A stretch of 64,000 bases of DNA from Fibrobacteria bacterium. Its GTDB lineage: Bacteria > Fibrobacterota > Fibrobacteria > UBA11236. A program made the translations under genes and the position numbers. Where the stretch lies: positions 12,674 to 76,673 of the forward strand of contig JBJHDK010000001.1 of the NCBI GenBank assembly GCA_050486505.1, read 5' to 3'. Positions within the stretch are counted from its first letter, which is position 1. Each line of letters starts with the position of its first letter. The notes under the pieces were generated by a model, which was given only the letters and a program-made list of their open reading frames with translations, was not told the origin of the DNA and did not search any database. This document shows, one piece after another, positions 62,627 through 64,000 of the stretch.

Positions 62627-63775
62627 ATGATGAGAATCCTCCACATCGGAAAATTCTGGCCCCCGCCGTTCGGCGGCATGGAAACCGTCCTCCGCGACCT
62701 GGTGCAGGAAACCTCCCGCCACGCGCGGGTCGACGTCCTGGTCGCCAACCACGAAAATCGCACCACCGTTGAACGTCTCCGCAACAAGGGAATCCTCGTG
62801 CGCGCAGCCTCGCGGGGCACCGCCGCCGGGGTGTCGATCGCCGCGGGGTTTCCGGCGCTCCTGCGCCGCCTGCTCGCCGGCCGGCACTACGACATCATCC
62901 ACATCCACCTTCCCAACCCCCTGGCCCACGGGGCGCTCATGCTGACCGGCTGGAAGGGCAAGGTGCTGCTCCACTGGCACAGCGACATCATCCGCCAGCG
63001 CAACCTCCTTCACCTCTACGGCCCCTTCATGAAGCGCCTGCTCGACCGCGCCGACGTGATTCTCGCAGCCACCCCCAAACACTTCACATCCTCCACCCAG
63101 ATCAGCCCCGCCCGGCACGGCCACAAGAGTATCGCCATTCCCTACGGCCTCGACATGAAGCCCTTCGAGGCGACCGCGAGCCTCCTCGAAAAGGCCGCTG
63201 CCTTGCGTGAAAAACATGGCGGCGGGCCGGTGATCTTCGCCTGCGGACGGCACATCTACTACAAGGGTTACGAATACCTCATCCGCGCCATGCGCAAGGT
63301 CGAGGGCGCCGCGCTCGTGCTCGGCGGCAAGGGACCGCTCACACCGTCCCTCAAGGCGTTGGCCAACTCATGCGGGGTGGCCGATCGCGTGCATTTCGCC
63401 GGCTTCATCCCCGACGAGGAAATCGCCGCCTACTACCATGCCGCCGATGTGATGTGCATGCCCTCGGTCGAGCCCAGCGAGGCCTTCGGCATGGTGCAGA
63501 TCGAGGCCATGGCCTGCGGCAAGCCCGTGGTGTGCTGCGAGTTGAACAACGGTGTTACCTGGGTCAATGTGCACGGCGAGACGGGGCTCGTGGTTCCGCC
63601 CCGCGATGTCGCGGCCCTTGCGGGAGCGCTGAACACCCTCCTCTCCGACGCGGGGATGCGCCGCAGGATGGGCGAAACGGGAAGAACCCGTGCCTTGCGC
63701 GAGTTCAGCCTGGAGATGGTGGGGAGACGCTACCTGCAGTTGTTGCAGGAGCTGGCGGTTCCCGCCGCCGCTTGA
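62627..63775 (+). CDS. Glycosyltransferase family 4 (GT-B)
   Basis: MMRILHIGKFWPPPFGGMETV N-terminus and PSVEPSEAFGMVQIEAMACGKPVVCCE (EX7E). Confidence 0.85.
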   Translation: MMRILHIGKFWPPPFGGMETVLRDLVQETSRHARVDVLVANHENRTTVERLRNKGILVRAASRGTAAGVSIAAGFPALLRRLLAGRHYDIIHIHLPNPLAHGALMLTGWKGKVLLHWHSDIIRQRNLLHLYGPFMKRLLDRADVILAATPKHFTSSTQISPARHGHKSIAIPYGLDMKPFEATASLLEKAAALREKHGGGPVIFACGRHIYYKGYEYLIRAMRKVEGAALVLGGKGPLTPSLKALANSCGVADRVHFAGFIPDEEIAAYYHAADVMCMPSVEPSEAFGMVQIEAMACGKPVVCCELNNGVTWVNVHGETGLVVPPRDVAALAGALNTLLSDAGMRRRMGETGRTRALREFSLEMVGRRYLQLLQELAVPAAA

Positions 63776-64000
63776 CGCCGGCCTCCTTCTCGGCACGCTC
63801 CGCCTTGGCGGCCAGCACGTCTTCAGCCTTCATTTTCGCATAGCATAACAGGGCGACAAACAACGGGATGAAGTAGATCTTGCGGCGCACCAGATCGCCC
63901 ATGTTGTCGATATGGCTGAAGATGAGGAATTGCACGAAGACATACAATGCAAGGAACCTGAAAAACTTGTCGTAATGAAACCGCTCCCAAAGGATCCTGT
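63705..64000 (-). CDS. C-terminal part of an integral membrane protein (possibly polymerase/EpsG- or acyltransferase-like); 5' end off the right edge
   Basis: The minus-strand frame is open from the window edge (..RILWERFHYDKFFRFLALYVFVQFLIFSHIDNMGDLVRRKIYFIPLFVALLCYAK..) down to the stop at 63705. It is hydrophobic with low G+C. The function is not assignable from this fragment. Confidence 0.4.
   Translation of the reverse strand, partial: RILWERFHYDKFFRFLALYVFVQFLIFSHIDNMGDLVRRKIYFIPLFVALLCYAKMKAEDVLAAKAERAEKEAGVKRRREPPAPATTAGSVSPPSPG

Overview
High-GC bacterial chromosomal segment. Single 60-nt lines in housekeeping genes count about 65-72% G+C. The organism looks Gram-negative and sigma-54-using, and the TPR + LolB/DUF4292-like lipoprotein pairing and SLBB-rich exporter hint at an FCB-superphylum-like lineage (inference only). 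Bases 1-40 kb are mostly housekeeping genes: PfkB kinase, tsaC/sua5, ppsA, SDR, smc, pth, L25, ispE, argF, murI, S20, argD, aspS, tRNA-Gln and tRNA-His. This part also holds two histidine kinases and two NtrC-type sigma-54 activators. Bases 40-64 kb, starting right after tRNA-His, are an exopolysaccharide/O-antigen-type locus: WecA-like initiating transferase, giant SLBB-repeat exporter, Wzz, AsnB, two MOP flippases, five GT4 glycosyltransferases, several methyltransferases and two extra PP-loop enzymes. Its base composition is mosaic, with some patches near 35-50% G+C. Three things stand out. (1) A family of intergenic elements is built from AT-rich tandem heptads (AGTTATG / AATTAAG / AGTGAAC types). 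They pair as long inverted-repeat arms around 30-130-nt loops, fill whole intergenic gaps and abut stop and start codons. (2) At the left edge is a translationally coupled four-gene operon: predicted outer-membrane protein, an atypical MotA/ExbB-family channel with a Gly/Tyr-rich tail, an ExbD-like single-pass protein and a secreted Ig-repeat protein. No TonB/TolA/MotB-type partner is visible. (3) A ~130-bp tandem repeat reiterates the last 18 nt of aspS. I saw no rRNA, CRISPR array, transposase or integrase. All calls come from reading the sequence and ORF translations by eye; no database search was run.
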